In this document: positions 1 through 9,846 of the stretch, piece by piece | How positions within the stretch are numbered: the stretch's first letter is position 1 | Layout of the letters: every line of letters begins with the position of its first letter | From: Escherichia phage UFV-AREG1 | DNA length: 64,000 nt | Direction: 5' to 3' (one strand) | Sequence record: KX009778 | The notes under the pieces: model-generated | Databases searched by the model: none | What the model was told of the DNA's origin: nothing | The model's input: only the letters and a program-made list of their open reading frames with translations | Program-made: the position numbers and the translations under genes

Positions 1-1122
1 ATCAAATACCTTAACCCAGATAACGAATTTACGTTTAAAACTGGTGCTACTTACGCTGGCGAAGCTGGATATGTAGACCGAGAACAAATCACAGAATTAA
101 CAGAAGAGTCTAAATTAACTCTCAATAAAGGCGATTTATTCAAATATAATAATATCGTTTATAAAGTATTAGAAGATACACCATTTGCTGATATTGAAGA
201 AAGCGATTTAGAATTAGCTCTTCAGATTGCAATCGTTCTTTTAAAGGTTCGTCTATTTTCTGATGCTGCAGTAACAAGCAAATTTGAAAGCTCTGATAGT
301 GAAATTGCGGATGCTAGATTCCAGATTAATAAATGGCAAACCGCAGTTAAATCTCGTAAACTTAAAACTGGTATCACAGTTGAATTAGCACAAGATTTAG
401 AAGCAAATGGATTCGATGCTCCTAATTTCTTAGAAGATTTGCTTGCAACTGAAATGGCAGATGAAATCAATAAAGATATTCTGCAGTCTTTGATTACAGT
501 GTCAAAACGCTATAAAGTTACAGGAATTACTGACACTGGATTCATTGATTTGAGTTATGCATCTGCACCTGAAGCTGGTCGTTCATTATACCGAATGGTA
601 TGTGAAATGGTTTCACATATCCAAAAAGAATCAACTTACACAGCAACGTTCTGTGTTGCTTCAGCTCGTGCCGCCGCGATTCTTGCTGCATCAGGTTGGT
701 TAAAACATAAACCAGAAGATGACAAATATCTTTCACAAAATGCCTATGGATTCTTAGCTAATGGTTTACCGCTTTATTGCGATACTAACAGCCCATTAGA
801 TTATGTAATCGTTGGTGTAGTAGAAAATATTGGCGAAAAAGAAATTGTTGGGTCAATTTTCTATGCTCCGTATACAGAAGGTCTCGACTTAGATGACCCT
901 GAACATGTAGGTGCATTTAAAGTTGTAGTTGATCCAGAAAGTTTGCAGCCATCTATCGGTTTATTGGTTAGATATGCTTTATCTGCAAATCCTTACACTG
1001 TAGCAAAAGATGAAAAAGAAGCAAGAATAATTGATGGTGGAGACATGGATAAAATGGCGGGTCGTTCAGATTTGTCTGTTTTATTAGGTGTTAAGCTACC
1101 AAAAATTATTGTTGATGAATAA
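1..1122 (+). CDS. 24: Head vertex protein gp24, 5'-truncated at window edge (gp23 paralogue)
   Basis: Open frame from nt 1 to stop at 1120-1122 (374 codons in window); sits directly upstream of rnlB as in T4; capsid-protein-like sequence. Confidence 0.75.
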   Translation: MKYLNPDNEFTFKTGATYAGEAGYVDREQITELTEESKLTLNKGDLFKYNNIVYKVLEDTPFADIEESDLELALQIAIVLLKVRLFSDAAVTSKFESSDSEIADARFQINKWQTAVKSRKLKTGITVELAQDLEANGFDAPNFLEDLLATEMADEINKDILQSLITVSKRYKVTGITDTGFIDLSYASAPEAGRSLYRMVCEMVSHIQKESTYTATFCVASARAAAILAASGWLKHKPEDDKYLSQNAYGFLANGLPLYCDTNSPLDYVIVGVVENIGEKEIVGSIFYAPYTEGLDLDDPEHVGAFKVVVDPESLQPSIGLLVRYALSANPYTVAKDEKEARIIDGGDMDKMAGRSDLSVLLGVKLPKIIVDE

Positions 1123-1125
1123 AAC

Positions 1126-1150
1126 AAAGGGACCTTTCGGTCCCTTTTTA
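1126..1150. terminator. Bidirectional rho-independent terminator between convergent gene 24 and rnlB
   Basis: Hairpin aaagggacc-tttc-ggtcccttt flanked by A-run and T-run. Confidence 0.6.
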
Positions 1151-1151
1151 T

Positions 1152-2156
1152 TTAACTTACCAATTCAATCCAAGCCGGACGAAGTACATCTTGTACCATT
1201 TTAACTAATTCCTTTTTAATCAAAGAAGGATTATCCGCTTGAGTTAGAGTAATACCTTCACGAGAAGTTTCTTCCAAAATATCTTGAACAGTTAGTCCCA
1301 TCACCTTTCCAAAATCTTTTGGACCAATTTCACCAATTTTAGAAATAACGTTATTTACTCGGTTCAGTGTAACGTAGCAAGCTAAAATTCCCAGCAATTT
1401 ATTATCAGCTTCTGACAGCTCAACTTTAGCTTTAATAGGCTTATCAGACTTTTTCTTTTCGCTAAATTTAGAGTTCTTGCATTTGATGGCTACACGATTG
1501 CCATTAGGCATCCAAGAAGGATAACAAGGTTTCAATACATATCCTTCAGCGGTAAATACTTCGCCTTTGGCTTCGGCATTCCAAACGCATTTATTTGCAT
1601 CAACTAATCCAGCATGGTCTACTGTAAAATTATAATCTTGGACAACAGAATCTAAATCATTTGGCAATTTAATAAGCTCTTCAAATTTACCGCGGCCTAA
1701 AAGTGGAGCCATTTTAAATTTAAATGTATTACAGAATGATTCCATCATATAATCATCGACATAAGTCACATCACCACTTTCTGTAGTGACAATAATGTCA
1801 AATACATAAAAATCTTTATCACCATAATCAACATTCTTCTGAATGCCAGGTCCAGCGAATTCACCAAAGACTTGATAAGATACAACTGCTGAAGTTTCCA
1901 TAATATCTTGTACTGCTTTAATGGAATCAGCGTAATTCTTCAAAATAATTTCATACCCAAAGAAATCTTCAGCAGGAAGAATAGGACCAGTACGTTTAGC
2001 GCAAGTTACTTTATCACGCTCAATAATCAACGAGAAATTTGTGCCATGAATCTTTTCACGAGCTACCCACTCCCCACCAGTCAATCCCAAGCTATAAAGT
2101 TTTTCAATAAATTTAGAGTTGTAATGATTTTCAAGACTGCTATACTTTTTAAACAT
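1152..2156 (-). CDS. rnlB: RNA ligase 2 (Rnl2)
   Basis: 334 aa; nucleotidyltransferase motif I KIHGTN; matches T4 Rnl2 length and sequence. Confidence 0.95.
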   Translation of the reverse strand: MFKKYSSLENHYNSKFIEKLYSLGLTGGEWVAREKIHGTNFSLIIERDKVTCAKRTGPILPAEDFFGYEIILKNYADSIKAVQDIMETSAVVSYQVFGEFAGPGIQKNVDYGDKDFYVFDIIVTTESGDVTYVDDYMMESFCNTFKFKMAPLLGRGKFEELIKLPNDLDSVVQDYNFTVDHAGLVDANKCVWNAEAKGEVFTAEGYVLKPCYPSWMPNGNRVAIKCKNSKFSEKKKSDKPIKAKVELSEADNKLLGILACYVTLNRVNNVISKIGEIGPKDFGKVMGLTVQDILEETSREGITLTQADNPSLIKKELVKMVQDVLRPAWIELVS

Positions 2157-2165
2157 AATTAATCC

Positions 2166-2444
2166 TCAAAATGTAATTTCTAACCAATCACCATCACGCT
2201 GATCACTATTAACTTTAAAGCTAAATCCTTCTTTTCTCAGCCAATCACCAATTTCTTCAGTAATCAATTTATCACGAGCAATGCAATAATAACTAAAATG
2301 TGTTTTACCTTGTTCAGCTGCTTTATTAGCAAGTTCTGAAAAATCTTTAATAAAGCACTCTAGCTTAAACTGTTTACTTTTTAATGCTTTTTCGCGCAAT
2401 TGATTAGCAAAAGATTCATTTTCATAAAGATCATACTGTTCCAT
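2166..2444 (-). CDS. Hypothetical protein, 24.2-like
   Basis: 92-aa ORF in operon with rnlB; position syntenic with T4 24.2. Confidence 0.5.
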   Translation of the reverse strand: MEQYDLYENESFANQLREKALKSKQFKLECFIKDFSELANKAAEQGKTHFSYYCIARDKLITEEIGDWLRKEGFSFKVNSDQRDGDWLEITF

Positions 2445-2646
2445 TTTTCACCTTTTTATTGATATGTCTTTTTCTATAGACAACTTTTTCTCGAGTTTCA
2501 AATTTATTCTTAGCAGTCATAGCTCGAGCCCATAATACAGCCACTTCTTTTGCCTGTAAGTTTAATTCACGAGCAATTTCAATGAATGACTTTCCAGACT
2601 CATGAAGAGTAAACACCACAACCTCAGTTCTCATAATCAATCTCAT
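2431..2646 (-). CDS. Hypothetical protein, 24.3-like
   Basis: 71-aa ORF overlapping downstream gene start; syntenic with T4 24.3. Confidence 0.5.
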   Translation of the reverse strand: MRLIMRTEVVVFTLHESGKSFIEIARELNLQAKEVAVLWARAMTAKNKFETREKVVYRKRHINKKVKNGTV

Positions 2647-2699
2647 GTTATCGAGTTGGTGCCATTATATACATCATTTTCTGATTGTGTTTTGTGTGC

Positions 2700-2730
2700 T
2701 TTCAAAATGAAGAAAGGGGCCGAAGCCCCT
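2700..2730 (-). terminator. Rho-independent terminator downstream of hoc
   Basis: Hairpin aggggc-cgaa-gcccct followed by T-rich run on minus strand. Confidence 0.5.
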
Positions 2731-2735
2731 TACGA

Positions 2736-3866
2736 TTATGGATAGGTATAGATGATACCAGTTTCTAAAGCAGTTTTATGAATGATGTATCCATTACGTG
2801 ATTCTTGAACATCAACTTCTGGATAGTCTTTCATCATCTTCTGAAGAGTATAACGATGCAAGTAGTATTTACTATCTGGATCGTCAGTTTTCCAATCTTT
2901 ACCTTCTTCGGTCATTTTTTGGATTTCATCCATAACCCACCAACCGCACCAGATGTAAGCTGAAGTACGATGTGGAAGAGGATGAACATAAGGTAATTCA
3001 CCTTCTGGTTCTGGAGCAACTTTATCAGTTACCTGAACTTGACCTTCTGCTGTAATAGTTTTGCTATCATAATCAGTAGCAGTAACAGTTGCAGTAACTT
3101 CAATAGTTTGACTTCCAATAGATGAGGTATCAACGGTATATACATTAGTTGACCCTTCTACAGGAGAAGAATCTTTCTTCCATGAATATTCAATTTGCGC
3201 TTCTTCTGGAGCATCCGTAACATTAGCCGTAAATGTAGCCGAAGCATCTTGCTGAACGTTAATAGAAGGAGGAGTCAATGTAATCTGTGGATTCATTGTC
3301 TTCTTATTAACAGTCAGTGATACTTCATTAGAAGTAACTTCTTTTGCATCATAATCTGTTGCCGTCACTTGGGCTACACATTTAATTCTTTTTACTCCAC
3401 TTGTAGTTGGAGTATAGCTAAATGTAGCGTTAGTTGCTTCGCTCACAGGAGAATCATCTACATGCCACTGATACGTAGCAGATGCGCCTGATGGTTGAGA
3501 AGCTAAAGCAGCAGTAAATTCAACAGCTGTTCCGATTACTCCAGCAGCAGGGCTATCAGGAGTTACAGCCAATGTAGTTGTCTGAGTTTTATTTTGAACT
3601 GTGATAGTAGTTGACGCTTGAGCTGTTTCAGCTTCAGTATCAGGAACTGGATTTGTTGCAACTACCTTAATAGTCTTTTGACCGGCAGGTCCTTTTAACA
3701 CATAATCAAAAGTTGCCTCTGATCCTTCCTGAGGAACATCATCTACAGTCCAAGCATATGTAATAGGTCCATCTCCAGTTTGACCACTGGGCGTAGCAGT
3801 AAACTGCTGAGTCTGATCTATAACTCCAGTAGGTGTTTTAGGAGTTATATCAACTGTAAAAGCCAT
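2736..3866 (-). CDS. hoc: Highly immunogenic outer capsid protein Hoc
   Basis: 376 aa; tandem Ig-like domain repeats rich in T, S and V; T4 Hoc length. Confidence 0.9.
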   Translation of the reverse strand: MAFTVDITPKTPTGVIDQTQQFTATPSGQTGDGPITYAWTVDDVPQEGSEATFDYVLKGPAGQKTIKVVATNPVPDTEAETAQASTTITVQNKTQTTTLAVTPDSPAAGVIGTAVEFTAALASQPSGASATYQWHVDDSPVSEATNATFSYTPTTSGVKRIKCVAQVTATDYDAKEVTSNEVSLTVNKKTMNPQITLTPPSINVQQDASATFTANVTDAPEEAQIEYSWKKDSSPVEGSTNVYTVDTSSIGSQTIEVTATVTATDYDSKTITAEGQVQVTDKVAPEPEGELPYVHPLPHRTSAYIWCGWWVMDEIQKMTEEGKDWKTDDPDSKYYLHRYTLQKMMKDYPEVDVQESRNGYIIHKTALETGIIYTYP

Positions 3867-3875
3867 AAGTTATCC

Positions 3876-4556
3876 TTATTTTAATGTTACGAAAGAAGAA
3901 TTGCGTGTTTCACGAATTAAAACTGATCCGTCACGGTTAATGTAATAAATTAAGCTAAATAAAGTTTGGTGTGCTGACGCGTGTTCAAAACTAGTTGGGT
4001 GAGATTTCCAATCCGGAGTTTCAGCAATCCATTGATAAATCCACCAAGGAACAGTACAGAATCCTGGATTTTTTCCAATCAGCTGAAGATTCGGACTAAA
4101 GTTTTCCGGAAGAGTAAATACAGACGGCTTTTCAGATTCAATAATCTCAGCTACGGCCTGCTCGAATTTTTCTTCAACAAAAGGAGTATCTTCAATCAAA
4201 ACATCGGTATTTTCGGGAATTTTATCCGTTTCGACTACTTCAATTTTAATGTCAGATTTAACCGGAGAATCAATCAGAAGTGCTGCTTCTGGATTGACTT
4301 CTTCATCGTCATATTTTAATCCCTCTGCGGCATCAGCAGCATTGATTAAGTCTTTAATAGATAACCCATCAGTCTCTGGCATAGGTTCACTAGCGAGCTT
4401 CTGGAGGGCTTCTTCAATATCAATAACGATATTATCAAAAGATTTATTCTTTTTGACCTTTATACCAAACTGTTCAGCATATTCAGCTAATTTAGCTTTA
4501 GCTTCTTTATTATCATCAAGAGCCTTCAGCTCTGCAATATAATCTTTATCTATCAT
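3876..4556 (-). CDS. inh: Inhibitor of prohead protease Inh
   Basis: 226 aa acidic protein; position after hoc as in T4. Confidence 0.7.
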   Translation of the reverse strand: MIDKDYIAELKALDDNKEAKAKLAEYAEQFGIKVKKNKSFDNIVIDIEEALQKLASEPMPETDGLSIKDLINAADAAEGLKYDDEEVNPEAALLIDSPVKSDIKIEVVETDKIPENTDVLIEDTPFVEEKFEQAVAEIIESEKPSVFTLPENFSPNLQLIGKNPGFCTVPWWIYQWIAETPDWKSHPTSFEHASAHQTLFSLIYYINRDGSVLIRETRNSSFVTLK

Positions 4557-4569
4557 AATATTTCCTCAG

Positions 4570-4577
4570 TATAAATA
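4570..4577 (+). promoter_or_regulatory. T4 late promoter TATAAATA upstream of uvsW
   Basis: Exact TATAAATA about 30 nt upstream of uvsW ATG. Confidence 0.5.
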
Positions 4578-4606
4578 TAGATATATTTATTACATGGTAT
4601 TTAGAC

Positions 4607-6118
4607 ATGACTGACATTAAAGTACATTTTTATGATTTTAGTCACGTGAGAATTGATTGTGAAGAAAGTACATTTCATGAACTCCGTGATTTCTTTAGCT
4701 TTGAAGCTGATGGGTATCGTTTTAATCCTCGCTTCAGATATGGCAACTGGGATGGGCGAATCCGTCTTTTAGATTATAATCGACTTCTTCCATTCGGCTT
4801 AGTCGGGCAAATTAAAAAGTTCTGTGATAACTTTGGCTATAAAGCCTGGATTGACCCGCAGATTAACGAAAAAGAAGAATTATCAAGAAAAGATTTTGAT
4901 GAATGGCTTTCTAAATTAGAAATCTATTCAGGAAATAAAAGAATTGAACCGCATTGGTATCAAAAAGATGCAGTGTTCGAAGGATTAGTTAATCGTCGTA
5001 GAATTCTTAATCTTCCAACATCCGCAGGTAAATCCTTAATTCAAGCTTTGCTTGCACGTTATTATTTGGAAAATTATGAAGGTAAAATTCTTATCATTGT
5101 TCCAACAACTGCTTTGACAACTCAGATGGCTGATGACTTTGTTGACTATCGTTTATTCAGTCATGCAATGATAAAGAAAATCGGTGGTGGAGCATCAAAA
5201 GATGATAAATATAAAAATGATGCACCAGTCGTTGTTGGTACATGGCAAACTGTAGTAAAACAACCAAAAGAATGGTTTTCCCAATTTGGTATGATGATGA
5301 ATGATGAATGCCATCTTGCTACAGGAAAAAGTATTTCATCTATCATATCAGGTTTAAATAACTGCATGTTCAAATTTGGTCTATCGGGTTCATTACGTGA
5401 TGGCAAAGCTAATATCATGCAGTATGTTGGAATGTTTGGTGAAATATTTAAGCCAGTAACGACTTCTAAATTAATGGAAGATGGACAAGTAACTGAGTTA
5501 AAAATTAATAGTATTTTTCTTCGTTATCCTGATGAGTTCACTACTAAATTAAAGGGAAAAACTTACCAAGAAGAAATAAAAATTATTACTGGGCTCAGTA
5601 AAAGAAATAAATGGATCGCTAAATTAGCTATTAAACTTGCGCAAAAAGATGAAAACGCTTTTGTCATGTTTAAGCATGTATCACATGGTAAAGCTATTTT
5701 CGATTTAATTAAAAATGAATACGATAAAGTTTATTACGTATCAGGGGAAGTTGATACCGAAACCCGTAATGTAATGAAAACATTAGCTGAAAACGGTAAA
5801 GGAATAATTATAGTAGCTAGTTATGGTGTATTTTCTACTGGTATTTCAGTTAAAAATCTGCATCACGTTGTTTTAGCGCACGGTGTTAAATCTAAAATTA
5901 TTGTATTGCAAACAATAGGTCGTGTATTACGTAAGCATGGTTCTAAGACAATAGCAACAGTCTGGGACCTCATAGATGACGCGGGCGTGGTTTCTAAATC
6001 AAAAACATCTTCTAAAAAATACTCGCATTTAAACTATCTTTTAAAACATGGACTTGATCGTATTCAGCGTTATGCTGATGAAAAGTTTAATTATGTGATG
6101 AAAGAGGTTAAACTTTGA
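4607..6118 (+). CDS. uvsW: UvsW SF2 DNA helicase
   Basis: 503 aa; Walker A TSAGKS and DECH box NDECH; T4 UvsW length. Confidence 0.95.
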   Translation: MTDIKVHFYDFSHVRIDCEESTFHELRDFFSFEADGYRFNPRFRYGNWDGRIRLLDYNRLLPFGLVGQIKKFCDNFGYKAWIDPQINEKEELSRKDFDEWLSKLEIYSGNKRIEPHWYQKDAVFEGLVNRRRILNLPTSAGKSLIQALLARYYLENYEGKILIIVPTTALTTQMADDFVDYRLFSHAMIKKIGGGASKDDKYKNDAPVVVGTWQTVVKQPKEWFSQFGMMMNDECHLATGKSISSIISGLNNCMFKFGLSGSLRDGKANIMQYVGMFGEIFKPVTTSKLMEDGQVTELKINSIFLRYPDEFTTKLKGKTYQEEIKIITGLSKRNKWIAKLAIKLAQKDENAFVMFKHVSHGKAIFDLIKNEYDKVYYVSGEVDTETRNVMKTLAENGKGIIIVASYGVFSTGISVKNLHHVVLAHGVKSKIIVLQTIGRVLRKHGSKTIATVWDLIDDAGVVSKSKTSSKKYSHLNYLLKHGLDRIQRYADEKFNYVMKEVKL

Positions 6119-6807
6119 ATTATAAATTAATATATGATAATTTAATTAATAGAGCCCAGAATCGGGCTCGCCTTAATGGATACACTGAAACTCATCATAT
6201 AATTCCTAGATGTATGGGTGGTACAGATGATAGGTGTAATTTAGTAGAACTAACAGCTGAAGAACATTTTATAGCCCATAAACTTTTAGCTAAAATTCAT
6301 CCAAATCATTACGGTATAATTAAAGCCGTTATATGTATGGGAATGAACTCAAAGACTCATGAAAGACACGTTAATAAATCTTACGCATGGGAACGTCGTA
6401 AAATGGCAGAACTTCAATCCGGTGAAGGTAATCCATTTTACGGAAAACACCATACGGAAGAACATAAACAATATATGTCAAAACTCATGAAAAGTCGTCC
6501 AATTACATGGGGAAATAAAATTAGTAAAACTAAAAGAATGAACCCAACAAAATGGACCGAAGAAGCTAAAAGATTACATTCAATCAATCAATCGGGTAAA
6601 AATAATGGCATGTATGGAAGGAAACATTCCGCTAAATCTATTCAGAAAATTAAAGATAACATGCCAGATAATTCAGGAGCTAATAACCCAGCTGCTAAAC
6701 CTATAGAAGTAAATGGTGTTAAATATAAATGTATGAAAGACGCTTCTAAAGCTGCTGGATTATCAATGTACAAACTAAGAATACTCAGAAAAACAGTTAA
6801 TTTATAA
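6115..6807 (+). CDS. HNH homing endonuclease (Mob-like) with NUMOD-type C-terminal DNA-binding motifs
   Basis: 230 aa; HNH motif HHIIPRCMGG...NLVELTAEEHFIAH; repeated G(K/R)xHSxE motifs; TTG start overlapping uvsW stop (TTGA) with RBS aagagg. Confidence 0.85.
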   Translation: MNYKLIYDNLINRAQNRARLNGYTETHHIIPRCMGGTDDRCNLVELTAEEHFIAHKLLAKIHPNHYGIIKAVICMGMNSKTHERHVNKSYAWERRKMAELQSGEGNPFYGKHHTEEHKQYMSKLMKSRPITWGNKISKTKRMNPTKWTEEAKRLHSINQSGKNNGMYGRKHSAKSIQKIKDNMPDNSGANNPAAKPIEVNGVKYKCMKDASKAAGLSMYKLRILRKTVNL

Positions 6808-6819
6808 GGGCTTCGGCCC
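6808..6819 (+). terminator. Stem-loop immediately 3' of the HNH ORF
   Basis: gggc-ttcg-gccc hairpin between HNH stop and uvsW.1 RBS; weak T tract. Confidence 0.35.
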
Positions 6820-6832
6820 TTTGGAGAAAAAG

Positions 6833-7063
6833 ATGTTACTAGAATTTAAACAATTTCTTTATGAAGCTTCTATTGATGAATTTATGGGTAAAATTGCCTC
6901 TTGCCAAACGATAGAAGGTTTAGAAGAACTTGAAGCTTATTATAAGAAAAGAGTTAAAGAAACTGAATTAAAAGATACTGATGACATCTCAGTCAGAGAT
7001 GCTTTGGCAGGAAAAAGAGCTGAATTAGAAGATTCAGACGATGAAGTAGAAGAAAGCTTTTAA
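6833..7063 (+). CDS. uvsW.1: UvsW.1 small acidic protein
   Basis: 76 aa from ATG at 6833 (ORF track begins at upstream TTG 6821); syntenic with T4 uvsW.1. Confidence 0.7.
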   Translation: MLLEFKQFLYEASIDEFMGKIASCQTIEGLEELEAYYKKRVKETELKDTDDISVRDALAGKRAELEDSDDEVEESF

Positions 7064-7118
7064 ATTAAAAAAGGCCCAACCAAAAAGGAAGGGCCAAAAC
7101 TATAGACTAAAGGTCACA

Positions 7119-7286
7119 CTATAGCAAAAGTTGTGTTTCATTTAATTGTTCTTCAGAACTTTCTGAAACTGGTAGTTCTTTAATGTAATTATAGCAAGGC
7201 CCAGGATGTACAGGACCTTTGTCTGTTTCAACAACCAATGCAGAATCGATTGGAGTTTTACAGACAACACAAATCTTATCTGACAT
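7119..7286 (-). CDS. Small CxxC protein, uvsY.-2-like (not in ORF track, 55 aa)
   Basis: Hand-translated ORF MSDKICVVCKTPIDS...; strong RBS gaggag 6 nt upstream of ATG; stop TAG at 7119. Confidence 0.55.
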   Translation of the reverse strand: MSDKICVVCKTPIDSALVVETDKGPVHPGPCYNYIKELPVSESSEEQLNETQLLL

Positions 7287-7314
7287 GATTGTCTCCTCTA
7301 AATTATATATCTAT

Positions 7315-7539
7315 TTATATAACTCTCATATGCATATCAATACCCATATCTTTAGAATAAAAATATTCATCAAGATATCCGGCAAATTTTCCTTTAATAT
7401 AAAGTACATCTTCACCGCATGGGTGGTCGGCCAGGATACGAATATCCTGACGCTTGAGATTATACTTTTTCATTAAGAATTGAATTTCCGTTTCGAATTC
7501 TTCTTCATAATTAAAAGCATCATCAATGCTATATTTCAT
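7315..7539 (-). CDS. Hypothetical protein, uvsY.-1-like
   Basis: 74-aa ORF immediately downstream of uvsY with start/stop overlap. Confidence 0.6.
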   Translation of the reverse strand: MKYSIDDAFNYEEEFETEIQFLMKKYNLKRQDIRILADHPCGEDVLYIKGKFAGYLDEYFYSKDMGIDMHMRVI

Positions 7540-7952
7540 TATTTTCCAGCCTCAAATGCTCGCATGTCTTGAATATGCTTAATAGCAAATCCACGTGATT
7601 TAATAGCATCAAGAGCTCCGCTACAGAAATCCAATAAAATTCCCCAATATTGTAATGAAGTATCAACTTTTAAAACATCCTTATCAGCTGATAGAACTGT
7701 CTTCATTTCTGATTTCTCATAACGATCCATACTAAATTCATCACCATCTCCTCGTCCCGAGTAGTAGTCTAATTTAGCTTTAAGAGCAACTTTTTTCTGT
7801 GCTTCAATTCTAAGCATTTCCTTTTTAATACTTGAATGCTTATTAAGCCATTTACTATATAACATCACATTATTAGCTGCTTCATATTGCAATTTAGTCG
7901 AATCTATAAACACATCTTTCTTCAATTCTTCTTGAAGATCTTCTAATCTCAT
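7539..7952 (-). CDS. uvsY: UvsY recombination mediator
   Basis: 137 aa; matches T4 UvsY length and N-terminus MRLEDLQEELKKD. Confidence 0.92.
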   Translation of the reverse strand: MRLEDLQEELKKDVFIDSTKLQYEAANNVMLYSKWLNKHSSIKKEMLRIEAQKKVALKAKLDYYSGRGDGDEFSMDRYEKSEMKTVLSADKDVLKVDTSLQYWGILLDFCSGALDAIKSRGFAIKHIQDMRAFEAGK

Positions 7953-8018
7953 ATTGTTCTCTATTCAATTGTTATTGGATGGACTTAGATTCATTATACC
8001 ACGTTTATACGTGAAGCA

Positions 8019-8417
8019 TTATACTCTATTACTGGAAGCCAGTTGCAGTTTTATCTGCTCAATATCATCAGGGTTATCGATGACCGAAAAGCGTATTTCT
8101 ACTATCAGAGTATAATCATCATAAACTGGTATTACATTAACTGCTAATTTATCAATACGTGGCTCGTAGTTTCTTACTGCGCTTTCAATGTTACGCTCAA
8201 CGGTATCAGCAGTAAGAGGAGTCATATTCTCAAAAAGTTGATCAGATAAATCGCATCCAAATTCTGGGTCAAATGGCCTTGACCCTTTCCTGGTTGTAAT
8301 AATTCCCAAAAGGCTATTTTTAATTGACCTTAATCCAAGGGATCTAGAAACATCTTTATCCCAATCCATTTTCATTTCTGGGTCAATGTCAGAATAAAGC
8401 TTATTAATATTTGCCAT
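8019..8417 (-). CDS. 25: Baseplate wedge protein gp25
   Basis: 132 aa; T4 gp25 length and synteny. Confidence 0.9.
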   Translation of the reverse strand: MANINKLYSDIDPEMKMDWDKDVSRSLGLRSIKNSLLGIITTRKGSRPFDPEFGCDLSDQLFENMTPLTADTVERNIESAVRNYEPRIDKLAVNVIPVYDDYTLIVEIRFSVIDNPDDIEQIKLQLASSNRV

Positions 8418-9043
8418 TACAATAGCTCAAAGAATTCTTTGAGCCCTCTTATTACATGAGCGTGAGTTTTTCCACACTCTGGACACTTAATTGGAACAGC
8501 CAAATAAACAGTAGGCTTTAAAAGCATATCTTTTATAGCTACAATATCTGACTCTGTGATGATAGAATATAAATCTTCCAACTCTTTTTCATTCAAGTCT
8601 TCAATTGGAATGCTTTCCCCGTTAGCATGAATCGTTTCTATGCATGATACTATCATGTGGGCTATATTTTTATCATCAAAAATTTTAGGGTAATGGAACT
8701 TAATTTTGATGTCACCCAGTGTATACCAGAGGTCTTCTGGTGCATCTATTTGCGTATGTAATAGATTTATATGGGTTGGTATTTCAGTTCCACAGGTGCA
8801 CTTCCAGGAGTTTTCGTGATTAACTTCCCCAAGAGAATGTGCCCATAAATGAATCAACAAGAGTTCTGATTCTTGGCGGTTTAAATCTTTTGCATTTGTA
8901 CAGTCTTTGATTAGCTTTTTAACAATCTCTTCTACTGAACCATTCTTTTTAGCAGTAATAAGTTCTAGATATTCTTTAAGAGTAAATGCGCGACAGTTGA
9001 TTATTTTAGAACCAACTCTCACATCAAATTTGTATTCATACAT
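8417..9043 (-). CDS. 26: Baseplate hub protein gp26
   Basis: 208 aa; Cys/His-rich; synteny with 25 and 51. Confidence 0.85.
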   Translation of the reverse strand: MYEYKFDVRVGSKIINCRAFTLKEYLELITAKKNGSVEEIVKKLIKDCTNAKDLNRQESELLLIHLWAHSLGEVNHENSWKCTCGTEIPTHINLLHTQIDAPEDLWYTLGDIKIKFHYPKIFDDKNIAHMIVSCIETIHANGESIPIEDLNEKELEDLYSIITESDIVAIKDMLLKPTVYLAVPIKCPECGKTHAHVIRGLKEFFELL

Positions 9044-9064
9044 ATTTAGCTCCTTTATTTATCA

Positions 9065-9076
9065 TATTTATAAATA
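9065..9076. promoter_or_regulatory. Overlapping divergent late promoters for genes 26 (-) and 51 (+)
   Basis: TATAAATA readable on both strands in tatttataaata; about 20 nt from each start codon. Confidence 0.5.
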
Positions 9077-9093
9077 GAATAAAAGGAGCATCT

Positions 9094-9846
9094 ATGGCAA
9101 ACATTATTCGTTGTAAATTACCAGATGGTGTTCATCGTTTTAAACCATTTACGGTAGAAGATTATCGAGATTTTTTGTTAGTTCGAAACGATATAGAACA
9201 TCGGTCACCACAAGAACAAAAAGAAGTAATTGCTGATTTAATTGCTGATTATTTTGGAGACTATCCAAAGACTTGGCAACCATTTATATTTTTGCAGGTA
9301 TTTGTAGGTTCAATAGGTAAAACTAAAGTACCAGTCACATTCATATGTCCAAAATGTAAAAAAGAAAAGACAGTTCCATTTGAAATATATCAAAAAGAAT
9401 TAAAGGAACCTATTTTTGATGTAGCTAATGTTAAAATTAAATTAAATTTTCCTTCTGAGTTTTATGAAAATAAAGCAAAGATGATTACTGAAAATATTCA
9501 TTCTGTTCAAGTAGATGAAATGTGGTATGATTGGAAGGAAATTAGTGAATCAAGTCAAATAGAACTTGTTGACGCCATCGAGATAGAAACATTAGAAAAA
9601 ATTCTCGATGCAATGAATCCTATTAATTTAACATTGCACATGTCGTGTTGTGATAAGTACATTAAAAAATACACTGATATAGTAGATGTGTTTAAGCTAT
9701 TAGTTAATCCAGATGAGATATTTACTTTTTATCAAATTAATCACACACTTGTAAAAAGTAATTATAGCTTAAATTCAATAATGAAAATGATTCCTGCCGA
9801 GCGCGGATTCGTATTAAAACTGATTGAGAAGGATAAACATCAATGA
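9094..9846 (+). CDS. 51: Baseplate hub assembly protein gp51
   Basis: 250 aa; synteny. Confidence 0.85.
   Translation: MANIIRCKLPDGVHRFKPFTVEDYRDFLLVRNDIEHRSPQEQKEVIADLIADYFGDYPKTWQPFIFLQVFVGSIGKTKVPVTFICPKCKKEKTVPFEIYQKELKEPIFDVANVKIKLNFPSEFYENKAKMITENIHSVQVDEMWYDWKEISESSQIELVDAIEIETLEKILDAMNPINLTLHMSCCDKYIKKYTDIVDVFKLLVNPDEIFTFYQINHTLVKSNYSLNSIMKMIPAERGFVLKLIEKDKHQ

Noticed and set aside
222-736. Antisense ORFs 222..470 and 542..736 inside gene 24
   Set aside because: Lie opposite a well-supported capsid gene, with no RBS and low-complexity translation; shadow ORFs.
1-1122. Calling the first ORF the major capsid protein gp23
   Set aside because: The gene sits directly upstream of rnlB (T4 gene 24.1) and the in-window length fits the ~427-aa gp24; gp23 and gp24 are paralogues, so sequence alone cannot distinguish them without alignment.
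7219-7476. Plus-strand 85-aa ORF
   Set aside because: AT-rich, runs antisense to the uvsY.-2 and uvsY.-1 ORFs, which have strong RBS and synteny support.
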